A stretch of 50,620 nucleotides of DNA from Octopus bimaculoides (Eukaryota), in contig NC_068991.1 of assembly GCF_001194135.2 (NCBI RefSeq), forward strand, positions 17,347,935 to 17,398,554. The letters run 5' to 3'. Positions 46,204 through 50,620 of this stretch are shown piece by piece. How positions within the stretch are numbered: position 1 is the stretch's first letter; every line of letters starts with the position of its first letter. The position numbers and the translations under genes are program-made. The notes beneath the pieces were generated by a model. It saw only the letters and a list, made by a program, of their open reading frames with translations. It made no database searches and was not told where the DNA came from.

Positions 46204-48339
46204 AGAAACATACCACTACCATTATTACTTTTTGCTTTATTTCTTACAATTGTAGTGAAAGAGAGAGAATAGGTTGTTATTTTTCCTAATGTTTTTTGAA
46301 AATATTTAGATGTGCATGGGTGATTGTGTGTATGTATGTCGATGAAGGAAGAAAGAGAGAGAGAGCATTGTGTAGAGGTGGAGAGTCAATAAACAACATC
46401 AACATCAACAACAACAACAACAACAACAACAACCATTTACAACAGTAAATCAAAACCAACTTTCCACATAGGTTTAGTGTTTAAAAAAAAAAAAAAAGAA
46501 CAAACAAAACAAAAACAAACACTGTGATCACGGTGGGAGCAATGGGGGAAGAAGAATATGTGAGAAAGGTTGTGATAATAGTGGTGTTGCCGGCGGTATG
46601 AAGTAATTATGAGAAAAAAAAGATGGGGTTGGTACTTAGACATGATATATGTGTGGTTAATGTATTAGTAGTCATAGAAGTAGCAATGGTAAGGAACAGT
46701 TATCTCCCTTGTCAGATGGAAATCGCTGCACGAACTGGGGATGGTTATCAATGGATGGAGAAGGAATGAAGGGGTGAATAGGTGAACGGTCAGCGCAGTG
46801 AAGGAGTGAATTAAAGAAGGTAAATTCAGGATAGGATTAGAGTAGAGCAAGATGCAAGGGGCCTGCCACCTCTTATTTTTAGCACCCACCACCCTCCTTG
46901 ATACACACATCAACATTATACACAATGGCAGGGCCTATAAGAGGGAGAAGGGGGTTAACCAAAACATCAGCCCAGGACTTGAAAAACCAAAGAGGCTCAT
47001 GAATGTGATGGAGCCCCTAGCTAAAAAAAAAAAAAAATTAAATTAAAGTATAAAGTCTCACAACCCCTCGGATTTTGAGAGGCGAACCACCCTCTCCCTC
47101 TGGAGCCTAAAAGTGGCCTTGTTCCACCATTCAAAATTTCTCGGAGGCNNNNNNNNNNNNNNNNNNNNNNNNNNNNNNNNNNNNNNNNNNNNNNNNNNNN
47201 NNNNNNNNNNNNNNNNNNNNNNNNNNNNNNNNNNNNNNNNNNNNNNNNNNNNNNNNNNNNNNNNNNNNNNNNNNNNNNNNNNNNNNNNNNNNNNNNNNNN
47301 NNNNNNNNNNNNNNNNNNNNNNNNNNNNNNNNNNNNNNNNNNNNNNNNNNNNNNNNNNNNNNNNNNNNNNNNNNNNNNNNNNNNNNNNNNNNNNNNNNNN
47401 NNNNNNNNNNNNNNNNNNNNNNNNNNNNNNNNNNNNNNNNNNNNNNNNNNNNNNNNNNNNNNNNNNNNNNNNNNNNNNNNNNNNNNNNNNNNNNNNNNNN
47501 NNNNNNNNNNNNNNNNNNNNNNNNNNNNNNNNNNNNNNNNNNNNNNNNNNNNNNNNNNNNNNNNNNNNNNNNNNNNNNNNNNNNNNNNNNNNNNNNNNNN
47601 NNNNNNNNNNNNNNNNNNNNNNNNNNNNNNNNNNNNNNNNNNNNNNNNNNNNNNNNNNNNNNNNNNNNNNNNNNNNNNNNNNNNNNNNNNGGGTTGAGGC
47701 CTGGTATTTTTCAATTTGAGGACTACTGTTCCAGCATATAGTCAATTAAATCAACCAGTCACTTATTGTACAAACTGATAATTATCTTATTTTATCAATT
47801 GGGGGAAATTGAAAAGTGAACTGGATTACAGAAATGTAACCAAATAGCACAAGATAGTTCATCCAACTTCCTGATGATCCTGCCATCTACCCTCCAAAGT
47901 TTTTTAAAAGAATTTCTACTGAAATTTAGTTTTATAAAGTTCTCTTGTGTTTTTTTTTTTCTGCTTGTCTTTTTTTTTTTTCAAACTAGGTACAAAGGCC
48001 ATCAGATTGTGTGGGGAGAAAAAGGATATGTGCAAACATGTGCTTGTAACAAGTGCATGTTTCCCATATTTCATTAACATCTATAAGTTAACCTTTCTTC
48101 AACCGAGACAGAAATGCAACCACATCAGACAAATCATATCAAGAGCTCAGTTTGTGCTTGAAGTCAATCTCGGTAGCATATGAATCCAGAATTAAGCAAA
48201 ATGGAACATAAATAAATACTGTTAAGACATTTACCCTAGCATATTACATTTTCTATGACCAAGGGTTTAAATCCTTCTCACACAATTTGGATAGGAAGGT
48301 ATACAAACAACTGAATTATTCTTCTCCCTCTCCCCTATT

Positions 48340-48840
48340 ACATGACTGGGTCTTATTTTATTGTTCCACCATCACCAGCCAAAGAGTGGAGGATTAGCAG
48401 GGATTGGGATTCAGACCACAAACAGGAATAATTAAGAGGCATTTAGTCCAGAGTTCTTCAGTTTGCTATTAATTCACTATCCTAATAATTATTTCTAGTT
48501 TAGGCACAAAGCCAATAATTTTGAGGGGAAGTGGGTACTTAATATTTTACTGATCTTGGAAGTACAAAAGCAAAGTTGACCTTGGCAAGATTTGAACTGA
48601 ATACATAGAGTCAGAAGATAGACTGCATGGCATTTGATCCGATGCTCAAATAATTCTGTCAATTAATCATCCTAATAATAAAGATATTTCTTTCTAATTT
48701 AGTGACAAACCCTGAAATTTGGAGGAGGAAGAGGAGGAGGAGGTTAGTCAGTACGATTGACCTCAGTATTTGACAGGCACTTCATTATACTGACTATGAA
48801 AGATGAAAGGCAAAGATGAAAGGCAAAGTTGATCTCGGTG
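48340..48840 (-). mobile_element. Cluster of two or three decayed family-C SINEs
   Basis: Repeated aataatttctagtt/ttctaattt...ggcacaaagcc and gcaaagttgacc segments. Confidence 0.55.
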
Positions 48841-48953
48841 GGATCCTAGTAATGATAATTTTTGTATGGTGGGTAAAAAGGATTGATAAGAGGTAGAACT
48901 TTTGTGGGAAGAATGAGAGAGATTCAGGGTTGAAAAGATAAAAGAAAACAATT

Positions 48954-48956
<3 letters not shown>

Positions 48957-49013
<57 letters not shown>

Positions 49014-49386
49014 TGTGTGTACATACATATACATACATACACATATAAATATATATATACGTATATACACATATATATATACATTTATATATATACACAT
49101 ATATACATATATATACACACATATACATATATATACACATATACACATATACATATACACATATACATATATACATATATATATACACATATACATATAT
49201 ATATACACATATGCATATATATATACACATGCATATATACACATACACACATGCATATATATACATACACATATGCATATATATACATACACATATGCAT
49301 ATATATACATACACATATGCATATATATACATACACATATGCATATATATACATACACACATGCATATATATACATACACACATGC

Positions 49387-49429
<43 letters not shown>

Positions 49430-49460
49430 CACATATACATATATATACACATATGCATAG

Positions 49461-49493
<33 letters not shown>

Positions 49494-49494
49494 C
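48957..49494. repeat. Long compound (TG)/(TA)/(CATA) microsatellite
   Basis: Accounts for all the YI/HT/CV-repeat ORFs at 48794-49569. Confidence 0.95.
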
Positions 49495-49495
49495 A

Positions 49496-49899
49496 TTCTT
49501 TTACTTGTTCAGTCATTTGATTGTGGCCATGCTGGAGCATCGCCTTTAATCGACCAAATCGACCCCTGAGCTTAATTTTTGTAAGCCTAGTACTTATTCT
49601 ATCAGTTCCTTTTGCCTGACTGCTAAGTTACAGGGACGTAAACACACCAGCATTGGTTGTCAAGCGATGTTGGGGGTGAAACACAGACACACAAACATAT
49701 ACACACACATACAAATATATATATGTAAACATATACAACGAGCTTCTTCCAGTTTCCGTCTGCCAAATCCACTCACAAGGCTTTGGTCAGCCTGAGGCTG
49801 TAGTAGAAGACACTTGCCCAAGGTGACAAGCAGTGGGACTGAACCCGGAACCATGTGGTTGGTAAGCAAGTTACTTACCACACAGCCACTCCTGCACCT
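49496..49899 (-). mobile_element. SINE family B, near full length
   Basis: Reverse strand runs from aggtgcaggagtggctgtgtggtaag to gactgaacaagtaaaagaa. Confidence 0.88.
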
Positions 49900-50542
49900 C
49901 TTCTCAGGTTTGTTCGCCAACAATGGATTCACATACATACACAAAGCAAGCCTACACCACACACTTCCACCACCACCAGCAGCAGTAGTAGTAGCCAACA
50001 TTACCACCAACACCATCACCACCACCACATCAGTCCAGTGCAATAAAACAGTTAAAGGATGGAAAAGAGAGAAGTGGGTGGAGGAGGGTGAAAGCATGAA
50101 AAGATTTTTTAATGGTTGAGAATGGTGAACACATGCATGAAACAAAATGGCAACGGGTTTTAACTTCGTTTTCCTTCCATTTTAACGTGGGGTTACACTT
50201 TTTTTTTTGGTTTATTTAAGGAAGTGATGGGGGAATAGGGGATTATCACCATAATCATAATCATCATCATCATCATAAGAGAAATTTACATGTAATGCAT
50301 TCACATAATTATTACTTTATTCAATTGTTTAAAAAAAATTTCTTTTAACGTCACATAAAGATTGAGACAAGGTAAATAAATATATGTCTGTGCATGTATG
50401 TATGTGTGTCTATGTAGATAGATATATGTATACACATGCACGCACAAAAACATGTACCTGTGTATGCACGTGTATATTATATATACATACACACACACAT
50501 ACATACATCTAAATGAAAAAACACCAAAATTCATATACACAC

Positions 50543-50544
<2 letters not shown>

Positions 50545-50620
<76 letters not shown>
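50545..50620. repeat. (TA)n microsatellite
   Basis: Direct reading. Confidence 0.98.

Noticed and set aside
48794-49569. YI/HT/CV-repeat ORFs
   Set aside because: Translations of a compound microsatellite.

Overview
AT-rich, microsatellite-dense eukaryotic DNA with nine N gaps. The SINE families and repeat style suggest a coleoid cephalopod, probably Octopus (inference, not checked). Two + strand multi-exon genes were assembled by hand from GT-AG sites with consistent phases. (1) The 3' half of an SLC22/MFS organic-ion-transporter-like gene has exons 241-615, 1365-1499, 2663-2748 and 9277-9447; the TM10-11 exon(s) were not found and probably lie in a gap. (2) A complete 8-exon alpha-carbonic anhydrase gene (25378-41623, 981 nt CDS, 326 aa) has a signal peptide, an 18-nt microexon, all three Zn-binding His, unusual active-site substitutions (Q92E, V121L, T200Y in human CA II numbering) and a hydrophobic C-tail. 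The rest is a transposon graveyard: tRNA-headed SINEs of at least four families, RTE, L1/Tx1 and other LINE fragments, Penelope-like elements (PLEs) with GIY-YIG remnants and hammerhead ribozyme motifs, a mariner element, MITEs, Merlin and Helitron remnants, and a mini-LTR with a tRNA-Trp primer binding site. Most ORFs in the supplied track are microsatellite or N-gap artefacts. I found no convincing wholly new multi-gene system. The best leads are the hammerhead motifs, the divergent carbonic anhydrase and its microexon, and the long inverted-repeat element at 7616-8070. TE boundaries are approximate unless TIRs or TSDs are given.
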